DNA from: Promethearchaeota archaeon
Lineage (GTDB): Archaea > Asgardarchaeota > Lokiarchaeia > Sigyniarchaeales > SOKP01
NCBI GenBank assembly: GCA_029838195.1
Contig: JALGVJ010000030.1
Coordinates: 1 to 48,436 of the forward strand
Reading direction: 5' to 3'
Length of the DNA stretch: 48,436 nt
A program made the position numbers and the translations under genes. Shown piece after piece: positions 27,689 to 37,479 of the stretch (position 1 is the stretch's first letter; each line of letters begins with the position of its first letter). Below the pieces are notes generated by a model. That model searched no databases, was not told the origin of the DNA, and worked only from the letters and a program-made list of their open reading frames with translations.

Positions 27689-28549
27689 TTAAGCTTTATT
27701 AGAGCTTCCAAATAATCGTATTCTATCTTTAACTCGCTCTTTAAATAATTCTTGAGACCATTTCACGATATCTTGATAATAATTTTTTTCCATTCTTTTT
27801 TGTAATCGTTCTTTTATATTTTCAGCAACAAAAAGCGATACTTCTGAAAAATAATTTATTTTCGTAATCCCTTCTCTGATGCATCTTTTAAAGTCATCGT
27901 CGGAAACACCTGATCCTCCATGTAAAACGAGAGGAATGTCGGTAATGTCCCTAATTTTTTTCAATCTTTGAAAGTCAATTTCCGGTTTTTTAAGACAAAC
28001 GCCATGTACCGTTCCAATGGAAATTGCTAAGGCGTCCACCCCCGTTTTTTCTACGAATTCCCTTACCAAGGCAGGATCCGTATAAATCGGTTCATCCATA
28101 TCAGTTTCCCCTTTATCTGGATTCCCTTCTTCCATGGAGACATGACCTAATTCTGCCTCCACGTCAATACCTAACGCATGAGCTTTTTCAACAATTTTTC
28201 TCGTGGTTTCAAGATTCATTTCAAAAGGCAAGGCAGACCCATCGTACATGACGGCTGATGCACCCAAATCCATTGCCCGTAAATTTGCTTCAAAAGACCC
28301 GTGGTCTAAAAGAATAACTACTGGGACCGTAGCTTTCCTTGCTAATTTTCTCATGATTGTAAACATCAAATCCATGGGAATGAAACGCTCATGTCCTTCT
28401 CCAAAAGCCAAGATGACGGGTGAATGCTCTTCCTCAGCAGCTTGAATAACTGCACGAGCCGATTGAACATCTAATACGTTAAAACTTCCCACGGCATGCT
28501 GTTCTTTTTGAGCCTTTATTAATAATTTTTTTAAAGAAACTAACGGCAT
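27689..28549 (-). CDS. fba: Class II ketose-bisphosphate aldolase (fructose/tagatose type)
   Basis: AVGSFN, LDH, VEAELGHV, LAISIGTVHG, PLVLHGGSG and KIN motifs. Confidence 0.88.
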   Translation of the reverse strand: MPLVSLKKLLIKAQKEQHAVGSFNVLDVQSARAVIQAAEEEHSPVILAFGEGHERFIPMDLMFTIMRKLARKATVPVVILLDHGSFEANLRAMDLGASAVMYDGSALPFEMNLETTRKIVEKAHALGIDVEAELGHVSMEEGNPDKGETDMDEPIYTDPALVREFVEKTGVDALAISIGTVHGVCLKKPEIDFQRLKKIRDITDIPLVLHGGSGVSDDDFKRCIREGITKINYFSEVSLFVAENIKERLQKRMEKNYYQDIVKWSQELFKERVKDRIRLFGSSNKA

Positions 28550-28675
28550 GGATGAGTTTTCCTATTTTAATAAGTAAAACAATCCTTAAAACTATTTGAA
28601 ATTTTTGATAAGACCTATTTTTACTTGCTTGAAAAAGAATGATATTATAAAGAAATGAAAAAAGAAGAAAGATGA

Positions 28676-29959
28676 TTATTCTGTAATCATTGTCAAATCG
28701 GTTCCTCTTGTTTCCGGGAGAAATTTAATAGTTAACGGGATTGCAACCAAACAACCGGGAATAACTATTACCAAGAATAGCGTTTCGAAATCTAGCCAGA
28801 GACGTAATATGGAAAAGAAAATGCTTATCCCGACAAATATAAAAAGTCCAATTAATGTTGTAAAAATGGCTATTGAAGCCCGATATCGCGTCGGAATTAA
28901 TTCATTTGACATGATACCAGTTGTGTCGGGAATTAACCATAAAGCAAAAATGAAAATTCCATAGGTTAAGCCTGTTAAAATTATCAAATTATTCTTGATA
29001 CAGATAAGGGAAATTATTAAAAAGATCGGAAGGATGATTAAATTAGTTAACAATCCCGCTTTTCTTCCCTTTTTATCGTTAAGAAATCCAATAAAATAGC
29101 CCCATGGAATACTGATTAAATATCGAAGGTAATAAATGAGATTTACTTCCTCTAATGTGAAATTTGTAGCTAAAAAGGGTTCCCAATAAGACCTGAACGA
29201 CATGCCGCCCATTGAGCCCAACAATCCAACGATTAATATCAATATTACAATTTTGAAATTCTTTAATTTTGGAATGCGCTTCATGGATTGAATGAAACTT
29301 TCTTTATTATCATATCGTTCTTGAGGAGAAGGGTCCTCCTTTTTCTTTCTTTCTTTCATTGTCAAATACACGCTAGATTCTTTAAGCGTAAAAATAATTA
29401 AAAGAGATACAATCGAACCCCCAATAAAAGGAAGAAAGAAAATCGCTCTCCAATTAGGATTATCAGAGGTTATGAAAATACCTCTCATGAAAGGCACTAA
29501 TAAAGCTCCAATTAATCCAATAATCTTGATTACCATGAAATATTGAGAACGCTTTTCCTTAGGAGCTTCTTCATTCACTAAAAGCATTTGAATATCAGCT
29601 GCAATAAAAGCATTACCAATGAGCGCTCCTAAAAGATAACTGGAGAAATCTTGAGAAAAAATAACGAAAACAGCACTAATAGACATTCCAAGCATGTTAA
29701 TTGTTAAGGCAATTTTCCTCCCATATCGATCTGCGATATACTTTATTCCTAAGGAGAGTAGCATGAAAAGAGGTAATAAACTCATGCCAATGCCATATAA
29801 CGCATAAGCCTCATTCTCGGGCATTCCTTTAGAAATCAAGAATTCATTCACGACGAAAGAAGCGACTAAGGGGGATGCATTCGAGGTAAAAATATCTATT
29901 AGATTCATCAACCCGCATACTCCAATAGCATAATAGATATACCTCTTAGAATAGATCAC
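28676..29959 (-). CDS. MFS transporter
   Basis: ADRYGRK, EEAPKEKR, ND.KGRK, ELIPTRYR and LPETRG motifs. The frame stays open to an ATC at 29989. Confidence 0.9.
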   Translation of the reverse strand: MIYSKRYIYYAIGVCGLMNLIDIFTSNASPLVASFVVNEFLISKGMPENEAYALYGIGMSLLPLFMLLSLGIKYIADRYGRKIALTINMLGMSISAVFVIFSQDFSSYLLGALIGNAFIAADIQMLLVNEEAPKEKRSQYFMVIKIIGLIGALLVPFMRGIFITSDNPNWRAIFFLPFIGGSIVSLLIIFTLKESSVYLTMKERKKKEDPSPQERYDNKESFIQSMKRIPKLKNFKIVILILIVGLLGSMGGMSFRSYWEPFLATNFTLEEVNLIYYLRYLISIPWGYFIGFLNDKKGRKAGLLTNLIILPIFLIISLICIKNNLIILTGLTYGIFIFALWLIPDTTGIMSNELIPTRYRASIAIFTTLIGLFIFVGISIFFSILRLWLDFETLFLVIVIPGCLVAIPLTIKFLPETRGTDLTMITE

Positions 29960-30148
29960 TCTCTTCTCTTGTTGGTCCTCTAATTCGATATATCCTCACC
30001 ATCTAATAAATTATAAAATTTAATATTTCGAGAAATTGTAAATTGTATTAAAATTATTGTAAATTTTAAGTCAAATAATATCATTTTTATTCGTGTTAAT
30101 TTTTAAAAATCTTTTATTTATCAATGATTACATCACCATTAGGTACTC

Positions 30149-30919
30149 ATGAACATTTTAAATAAATTCAAATTAGATGGAAAAATTGCTCTCGTTACAG
30201 GGGCTAAAAGAGGAATTGGCAAGAGCCTTGCTATTGCACTAGCGGAGGCAGGAGCAGATATCATAGGAGTTTCCCGTACATTAGAATCTAGCGGGAGTGA
30301 AGTAGAAAAAGAAATACTTGCATTAGGTAGAAAATTTATTCCCTATCGATGTGATTTTTCTAAAAGAAAGCAATTATATGAGTTCATCAATTCCGTGAAG
30401 AGAAAATTTCCAAGAATAGATATATTGGTGAATAATGCGGGGACGCTCTATCGCGAACTTGCCATTAATCATTCGGATGAAAAATGGGATGAAGTATTAG
30501 AAGTTAATTTGAACGCTCAATTTATCTTGACTCGAGAAATAGCAAAAGAGATGATAAAAAGAAATGGGGGAAAAATCATATTTACTGCTTCCGTTCTCTC
30601 TTTCCAAGGAGGAATTTTAGTTCCAAGTTACTCCGCAAGCAAGGGCGCTATTGGGCAATTAACCAAGGCATTAGCAAATGAATGGGCTCCTCATGGAATA
30701 AATGTCAATGCTATTGCTCCTGGCTACATTGTTACCGATTTTACTGCAGATTTAATAAAAAATGAAAAACGGTACCAGTCCATTTTGGAAAGGATACCTG
30801 CGGGAAAATGGGGCACTCCTGATGATTTAAAAGGAATAATTGTCTTTCTTTCTTCTGATGCTTCCAAATACGTGAATGGAGTAGTAATTCCCATCGATGG
30901 GGGTTGGCTAGCCCGTTGA
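30149..30919 (+). CDS. kduD: 2-dehydro-3-deoxy-D-gluconate 5-dehydrogenase-like SDR
   Basis: TGAKRGIG, NNAG, SFQGGILVPSYSASKG, LANEWA..GINVNAIAPGY and C-terminal DGGWLAR. Confidence 0.85.
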   Translation: MNILNKFKLDGKIALVTGAKRGIGKSLAIALAEAGADIIGVSRTLESSGSEVEKEILALGRKFIPYRCDFSKRKQLYEFINSVKRKFPRIDILVNNAGTLYRELAINHSDEKWDEVLEVNLNAQFILTREIAKEMIKRNGGKIIFTASVLSFQGGILVPSYSASKGAIGQLTKALANEWAPHGINVNAIAPGYIVTDFTADLIKNEKRYQSILERIPAGKWGTPDDLKGIIVFLSSDASKYVNGVVIPIDGGWLAR

Positions 30920-30984
30920 ATTAAAGAATATCGTGAATGAAACTAAAAAAAAGGAATAAATTATTTATTTTTACATTTACCAAA

Positions 30985-32169
30985 TCAAGAAGGGTTTGAA
31001 TTTTTTTTAATTTTTATGGCATTCCTGTATTCTTTTTTAAATTTGCGATAGTTTCCTTTTCCTCCCTTTCCTCCAATGAATTCGGGTAAGAAGAAATACG
31101 CTCTCGCTCTATCCATAAAAATATTAAATGTTATAAGATATTTTGGGTTCAATATTTTATAGAAATGCTCTAAACGTTCCGGTCTATCAAAGAGATCTAT
31201 TACAATACTCTTACCAGCGCCTTGAATTTTTTTATAAAAGGGCATCCACGTATCGCTAGCACAAGGTTCATTTCCAGCTCCAGGAACCCATTGAATTCCT
31301 GTAATTGAATCGATTTTTAGAAGTGTATCGAGATGTTCAAGGGCTAGGGGGCCATCTAAATGATAAATTGCATATTCCATGTGTTCTGCCTGCTTAATGA
31401 TATCCGGAACTACGAAATTCTTAAACCATTTTGGGTTTAACATGGCACTAAAATCACATTGTATTGGGTACCAACTTTTTGACGACCAAAGAGGCATCCA
31501 ACTGCTTACACCTTTACAATAGTGGAGTATAATTGCGAGTAAATCATCATAAACTTTTAACAATTTCTCTAGAATTATAGCACGACAAGTATTAATTATC
31601 TCAGGATTTCGTTTCATGGTTAAAATAATATTTGTTGGCCCCAAAAAAGCCGATAAAATATCTAAAACGCCTCCAATATCTGTAATGGCTATGCAATAAT
31701 CCGTGTTTCCTCTTTTTGCAGCAAATTCAGTTACTTTCTTTAAACGAGCATACCATGGATTGTTCATGTTAATTTTAACGTTTTCTAATAAAGGGATAAT
31801 TTCTGCTGGAGAAGTTTTCATGTGAAACCAAGCAGTTCTTGATTGATAAACGGGATTAATACCAAAAATAGCTGCCATTACACAAGGACCATAATTAGGA
31901 AAAAATCGAGGAATGTTTTCGCCTCCAAATTCTAAAGTTTGGGAGATCTTTTCAAATTCATTTATAGCATGATCAAAATTATCCCAATTTTTAGCTAAAA
32001 ACCAAGGATCAAAGAATTCCAAGATTGCATCTCCTTTCGGGATTTTCTTTCCTTCTTTCGGCACCCAAAACCCAATACATGGGCGATCTATTATTTCATG
32101 ATCCCACCATGCTTCCATTCTCTCTTTTGCTTCAATGATATCTTCTTTAAGTTTATTCAGTAATTTCAC
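30985..32169 (-). CDS. UROD/MtaA-CmuA-like TIM-barrel protein (putative corrinoid-dependent methyltransferase family)
   Basis: PNYGP, DIGGVLDILSA, QCDFSAM..P..F..FV.P, YHLDGP and IQWVPGAG motifs. Confidence 0.7.
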   Translation of the reverse strand: MKLLNKLKEDIIEAKERMEAWWDHEIIDRPCIGFWVPKEGKKIPKGDAILEFFDPWFLAKNWDNFDHAINEFEKISQTLEFGGENIPRFFPNYGPCVMAAIFGINPVYQSRTAWFHMKTSPAEIIPLLENVKINMNNPWYARLKKVTEFAAKRGNTDYCIAITDIGGVLDILSAFLGPTNIILTMKRNPEIINTCRAIILEKLLKVYDDLLAIILHYCKGVSSWMPLWSSKSWYPIQCDFSAMLNPKWFKNFVVPDIIKQAEHMEYAIYHLDGPLALEHLDTLLKIDSITGIQWVPGAGNEPCASDTWMPFYKKIQGAGKSIVIDLFDRPERLEHFYKILNPKYLITFNIFMDRARAYFFLPEFIGGKGGKGNYRKFKKEYRNAIKIKKNSNPS

Positions 32170-32342
32170 GTTCTTTTATTAATTTCCCATCAATAAAATG
32201 CAATGATAATAAATAGGAAATATGATATAATAAAGAAATGGAAAAGTGATATTATAGATTTATATCCATTAATTTTATTATGGCTACAACGATGAAAACT
32301 ATATTTTATTTTCTTAGCGGAAGACATTTCAGTAGATTTCTT

Positions 32343-33332
32343 CTATTCCTTAATCATTTTCAATAAATCAGAAAAGTCCAAATTACCCCCGCTAATGATG
32401 ACACCTATATTCTTTCCTTTAAATAAAGATGAATATCTCTTTAGGGCAGCTAGCCCTACTGCTCCTGCCCCTTCACATATCTGATGATGATATTTTAAGA
32501 AGGTAATAATAGCATCTTTAATCTCTTGTTCCGATACCAAAAGAATATCCGCGCAATATTTAAGAATGTAGGGAAAAGTGATTGAATTCTTTTCAATGCT
32601 TCCATGCAAGCCCTCTGCTATCGATTCTCTCATGGGAATATCTACGATTTTTCCTTCCTTGAAAGATGCATGCATGGGGCTACTGGCTTCCGATTGAACA
32701 CCATAAACTTGAATTTCAGGATTTATTTGCTTTACCGTAAATGACATTCCCGAGAGAAGGCCTCCCCCTCCCACGGGGGCTAAAAGAATTTCAAGATCGG
32801 GGTTTTGATTCAATATTTCTATGCCAATTGTTCCTTGTCCCGCAAGTACAATAAAATCATTATAAGCAGAAATAAATTTTTTCTTTTCTTTTCTTTCAAT
32901 TTCACGAGCAATACGCTCAGCGTCATCATAAATAGAACCTTGAATGCGAAGATCCACTCCATAAGAACGAATGGCTTCTATTTTTGTTCGAGGAGTATTT
33001 TCGGGAACGATAATTGTAGTAGGAACATTTAATAATTGGGAGGCGAATCCTATACCTTGAGCGTGATTTCCAGATGAAGCTACTACAACACCTTTTTCTT
33101 TTTCCTCGTCCGTGAGAGTAAGCATGGCATTGAGTCCCCCTCTAATTTTAAAAGAATTCGTGACCTGTAAATTCTCTAACTTTAAAAACACGTTTCCTCC
33201 ACAAATTTTACTATAATACTTGCTAAATTCTAAAGGCGTTTCTCGAATATATGACTGAATCCTGTTTCGTGCCTTAATAATGTCTATTAGCTTTAGATCT
33301 TCGTACTCATTTTTTTCAATCATTTTTTCCAC
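32343..33332 (-). CDS. Threonine/serine dehydratase (fold-type II PLP), no ACT domain
   Basis: LKLENLQVTNSFKIRG, ASSGNHAQG, PVGGGGL and ISGGN motifs. Confidence 0.9.
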   Translation of the reverse strand: MEKMIEKNEYEDLKLIDIIKARNRIQSYIRETPLEFSKYYSKICGGNVFLKLENLQVTNSFKIRGGLNAMLTLTDEEKEKGVVVASSGNHAQGIGFASQLLNVPTTIIVPENTPRTKIEAIRSYGVDLRIQGSIYDDAERIAREIERKEKKKFISAYNDFIVLAGQGTIGIEILNQNPDLEILLAPVGGGGLLSGMSFTVKQINPEIQVYGVQSEASSPMHASFKEGKIVDIPMRESIAEGLHGSIEKNSITFPYILKYCADILLVSEQEIKDAIITFLKYHHQICEGAGAVGLAALKRYSSLFKGKNIGVIISGGNLDFSDLLKMIKE

Positions 33333-33519
33333 TCAAAATAGAACACTTACCATTTTAAAGAATTTTAACTTAAATAATAAAAATAACCAAATCATAAAAA
33401 TACAATGAAATCTAAGGATTTATTACCTCTCTTGTTAGCATTTTTAGTCCAACTCTTAAAAATTATTCGAAAACCTTTAAAATAAAAAAAATATTAATCA
33501 TTTTTTCATTTCATCAATC

Positions 33520-33999
33520 ATGAAAGTCTTTTCCATCCCTAATTTTAAAACACTAACCATTGAAAACATATTATTTGACCTGAATGGTACCATTCAATTT
33601 AGTGGAGAAATTTCTCTTGAATTGATTGAGAAAATGCAAGAATTAAAAAAATTTTATAATGTATTCGTTATTTCAGCAGATACTCGAGGAAATCTAAAAA
33701 ATCTTGCTGAAAAAATGAATGTGGATTATATTAAAATCGCAATGTCGAATGATCTTACCGAAGCGGAGGCAAAAAATAGAGAATTGGAAAAACTAGGGGA
33801 AGATAAGACTGCAGCTATCGGAAATGGAAATAATGACGCATTAATGCTGAAAAATGCTGCTTTAGGAATTGCAATTTTAGGAAAAGAAGGATTATCCGTC
33901 CAAAGCTTATTAAATTGCGATGTTGTATTGCCAGATCCCATTTCTGCCATGAATTTTTTACTTGATGAGCAAACTTTAATCGCTACCTTGAGAACATAA
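33520..33999 (+). CDS. HAD hydrolase, soluble P-type-ATPase-like phosphatase
   Basis: DLNGT, SADT and IGNGNND motifs. Confidence 0.85.
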   Translation: MKVFSIPNFKTLTIENILFDLNGTIQFSGEISLELIEKMQELKKFYNVFVISADTRGNLKNLAEKMNVDYIKIAMSNDLTEAEAKNRELEKLGEDKTAAIGNGNNDALMLKNAALGIAILGKEGLSVQSLLNCDVVLPDPISAMNFLLDEQTLIATLRT

Positions 34000-34145
34000 T
34001 CCCTCTAATCAAGAAGATGAAAAAAGAATATCACTTCTTTATTAAAACCATTTGTTATTAATCCTTATAAATCCAACCTGTGCATCAGGTTTTTCCTCAA
34101 ATAACTTTCCATCCGGATTTTTTATTTGAGTCATTAATTGGATTA

Positions 34146-35009
34146 TTACTTGCAACCTTGGGACTCTTTCAGGTTTAATTTGACAAAAGCTTCTTCTTGC
34201 TCATTTCTTTGTTTGGATTTTACGGATCTATTTACTTGACCAAGAAATTTTATGGCATTTCTTTTTCCCTCAATGATGTTTTGGATGAGTTCCTTCTTCC
34301 CGAACCCTCCCGAATTTACTAACACCGTCTGAAAGGAATAATTGGGCTCTAATGTTTTAAATTCTATTTGTAAAGCAGAAAGTAAATCATCGGGCTTATC
34401 GTGTAAACGATTCGATAAATTCAACTTGTTCCTACTGATTTCAAATTCTCTTGAAGGAATCGCTTCATGAAATGTTGGTTTTGAAAGGGTAGAAAATCCC
34501 GCATGGAGGCCTGTGTGGTCGAATTGGTAAATAATGTCATTTTCAAAATCATATCCGCAATAGTCATTATTGAAGCCATCTAAACCATTTATATCAAAGT
34601 CAAATATGAAATACATCGACAAATTGGTCATCTTAAACTCTGACATGTTTTTTAAGGTAAAGAAAGTATTCATGTATGGAACCTTGGGTTTCAAAAAAAT
34701 ATCAATGTACATCCGAATCCGTGATTCTTTTTTCTTTAATTTAAAAGAAGAAATTTCTCCTTCTTTCATGCGTCGCTTCAGATATTCATTAATATCGAAA
34801 TCTAATGTAATTCTATCAATAACTTTTCCTTTCTTACTATTAACTAACTTGTAAATCGGTGTTGGTTCTACATTTTTAAGAATTACGGGAATATACTCCC
34901 GGTGTTTTCCTCGAATGATGAAACTGAACCAAGCCCCCGAATATTGCTGCTCTGCCATGTATAATAAGTATCGCTCTTTATATCTCAATTCTTTTATCGA
35001 AAACCCCAT
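34146..35009 (-). CDS. Hypothetical protein with a probable beta-sandwich domain
   Basis: 287-aa ORF rich in alternating beta patterns (YFIFDFDING, NDYCGYD, IIYQFD). Confidence 0.75.
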   Translation of the reverse strand: MGFSIKELRYKERYLLYMAEQQYSGAWFSFIIRGKHREYIPVILKNVEPTPIYKLVNSKKGKVIDRITLDFDINEYLKRRMKEGEISSFKLKKKESRIRMYIDIFLKPKVPYMNTFFTLKNMSEFKMTNLSMYFIFDFDINGLDGFNNDYCGYDFENDIIYQFDHTGLHAGFSTLSKPTFHEAIPSREFEISRNKLNLSNRLHDKPDDLLSALQIEFKTLEPNYSFQTVLVNSGGFGKKELIQNIIEGKRNAIKFLGQVNRSVKSKQRNEQEEAFVKLNLKESQGCK

Positions 35010-35182
35010 TAAATATCCTTGATTGTTTCACATTGCCAAAATCTCGTTAAAAGCAACCTTAAGTACCATTTTCTAATCCCTCTTTATTATAATTAGCTAA
35101 TTAATTAATTTAAAAATATCTTTATAGAATAGTTCTTACCGGATAAAAAAAATTAATCTTAAAAAAAGTTTCATTTTCTTAT

Positions 35183-36139
35183 TTATAATTGCTCCTCAAT
35201 CACTTTATATGCAACGTAATGAAAACTCTCGTTCACGTTCTCTCCTGTTTTGGCTGAAGTCAAGACGCAAAAAGAATTAAGCTTTTCCGCTTTTTCTTTA
35301 ATTTCTTTCTCACTAATGATGATATCATCAATCAAATCCGATTTATTTCCTACAATTATTGTAGGAATGCGTTGTTTGACGAATTCACTAATATCCTTAA
35401 ACCATTTACCGATACTTTTTAAACTCTCTTTTTTTGTTCGATCAATCACGATAAATGCGGCATTTGCACCTAAATAAAAATTTGCTCTATGAGATTCAAA
35501 TCTCTCTTGACCCCCAATATCCCAGATCAAAAAACTTACCTTAATATCCTCGGAAATGTCAATTTTTTTTTTAGAAATTTCTAAACCTATAGTGCTAATG
35601 TAATTTTCTTGAAAAGTATCCTCTACAAACCGCTTTATTAAAGAAGTTTTTCCTACAAGAGGATCCCCTGTTAATATTAGCTTCAGAGCATATTCCCCTG
35701 GCTTGATTTTTCCCGTTTTAGATTTTGAAAGGAGTCGGATTAATTCCGGAATTTCTAAAGAAATATTTTCTTGTCCTTCTAATAATAATTCAATTTTATT
35801 TGCAACATATTCCGAATAAACTTTTAATTGCATGTCCGATGTTTCCGGGCTCGCCACCGTGGTTAAAATGGCGTTTTTTCCGGAGGAGCAAAATGCGAAT
35901 TTTTTTTGTTCCATGCTCGTGATATTAAAAAAATTACCCTCCGTCCCGAATTCATCCTTCACTTTTTTAATATAATTGTCAATTATGGCAGAAATAGCCC
36001 CGATTACCTTTTCATTAGCAGAATTTTCTTTAATTCGGGAGGCAATGATAAGACCATTTTTATCAGCCACAACAACGGCCAGAACTCCTTGTACATCGTT
36101 CATGTAATTTGAAATTAACGTATTAAGAATGCGTTCCAT
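35183..36139 (-). CDS. Roadblock/LC7 domain fused to a Rab-like small GTPase
   Basis: N-terminal GVLAVVVADKNGLIIAS; G1 GDPLVGKTS, G2 STIG, G3 WDIGGQ, G4 NKSD, G5 SAK; no C-terminal prenylation Cys. Confidence 0.92.
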   Translation of the reverse strand: MERILNTLISNYMNDVQGVLAVVVADKNGLIIASRIKENSANEKVIGAISAIIDNYIKKVKDEFGTEGNFFNITSMEQKKFAFCSSGKNAILTTVASPETSDMQLKVYSEYVANKIELLLEGQENISLEIPELIRLLSKSKTGKIKPGEYALKLILTGDPLVGKTSLIKRFVEDTFQENYISTIGLEISKKKIDISEDIKVSFLIWDIGGQERFESHRANFYLGANAAFIVIDRTKKESLKSIGKWFKDISEFVKQRIPTIIVGNKSDLIDDIIISEKEIKEKAEKLNSFCVLTSAKTGENVNESFHYVAYKVIEEQL

Positions 36140-36441
36140 AAACTCATCGAATGATATTTAATTTTCTTAAATGAATATTCTTAATGATAGAATTTAAATT
36201 TTTTTTAATTTTCATCCAAATTGAATTCGTTCAGTATGATTTTTGGGTCTTTCTTCTCTAACTATATCTTTTTCCAATAAAATGACTTGTTCTTTTCATG
36301 CTTCATTAGAATTTATCTTTCATTATTACCAAGGTAAAAATGCATTTAATTCAATTTAATTGAAAATGCTTCTCGGTGCTTTCTACGGATGATTTCTACC
36401 CTTATTTTAAATGGGATAGAAAGTATTAAAAAGTAAATTTA

Positions 36442-37347
36442 TTATATCTCTCCCATCATTTTTAATCCTTTCATGAGCCATTCTATGACTAATTCAAGTC
36501 CATGGATGTTTTCTTTTGTATGGATTTTAGAATGAGGGATGAATTTCTCGTGGTATTTCAAGGTGATGTATTCCAAGGAAGGATTTTCTTCATGCCATTT
36601 GATAATGGAGGCTTTAGCTTCAAGATGAAACTTTTTTACGTTATCGATGATCCAATGAAAATCTTGAGCTTTCCACACTCCAAAATGAGCTAATGAAATG
36701 GAATTTATTTCATTTTTCAAGTCGGCGAGACGATCTAAGGTTTTTAAATAAGCATCTTCATTAAAATCAGGTGGCACGAATTCTGGAACGTACGTGTCGG
36801 GATCAAATCTATCCATGATGGCATCTCCTACGAAAATGTTTTTATTTTTACGATCCAATATCGCAATAGAATCTTGCGTGTGTCCAAAAAAATTTAAAAT
36901 CTCTAATTTTAAACCATTTACATCAAGGATATCTCCTTCCTTCAAGGGAACAACATTTTCGATGGGATCCACGTGATATCCAAAATCCTTATTCATTTTT
37001 TCTGGATATTTTAAATTCTCAATTGCTCGTTCTGAAGCTAAAACCTTAATTTCAGAATCCTTCATCAACTTCTTGATTTTTCCTACTCCTTGGACGTGGT
37101 CAAAATGAGAGTGCGTGAGCAAGATTTCATGAATGGGATAAAGTCCCAAGTCCTTGATTGTTTTGACTACCTTTCGAGCACCTAATGTCTCTCCGGCATC
37201 TATTAATAATCGATGTCCCTCATTTTCAATAACATAAAGTGCCAAATTCCCTCTCATCCGATATAATTGAGCATCAATGAGATAAGAATTCGCATTAAAC
37301 TTGCCTTCTGTATTAATAAAAACCATTTTATTATTCCCATGATTCAA
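36442..37347 (-). CDS. MBL-fold metallo-hydrolase
   Basis: IDAG, THSHFDH, GHT, VGD and AHFG motifs. Confidence 0.9.
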   Translation of the reverse strand: MNHGNNKMVFINTEGKFNANSYLIDAQLYRMRGNLALYVIENEGHRLLIDAGETLGARKVVKTIKDLGLYPIHEILLTHSHFDHVQGVGKIKKLMKDSEIKVLASERAIENLKYPEKMNKDFGYHVDPIENVVPLKEGDILDVNGLKLEILNFFGHTQDSIAILDRKNKNIFVGDAIMDRFDPDTYVPEFVPPDFNEDAYLKTLDRLADLKNEINSISLAHFGVWKAQDFHWIIDNVKKFHLEAKASIIKWHEENPSLEYITLKYHEKFIPHSKIHTKENIHGLELVIEWLMKGLKMMGEI

Positions 37348-37479
37348 AATTTTCTCCTTGATTAAAAATTAACATGAACTACTACTTAAGTTCTCTCTTT
37401 CATTATTGAAAATTTAAAGAATAGAAGATTCAACGATCTATGTATTCTATTGAGATCACCTACTGATCTGTACGTGGCT

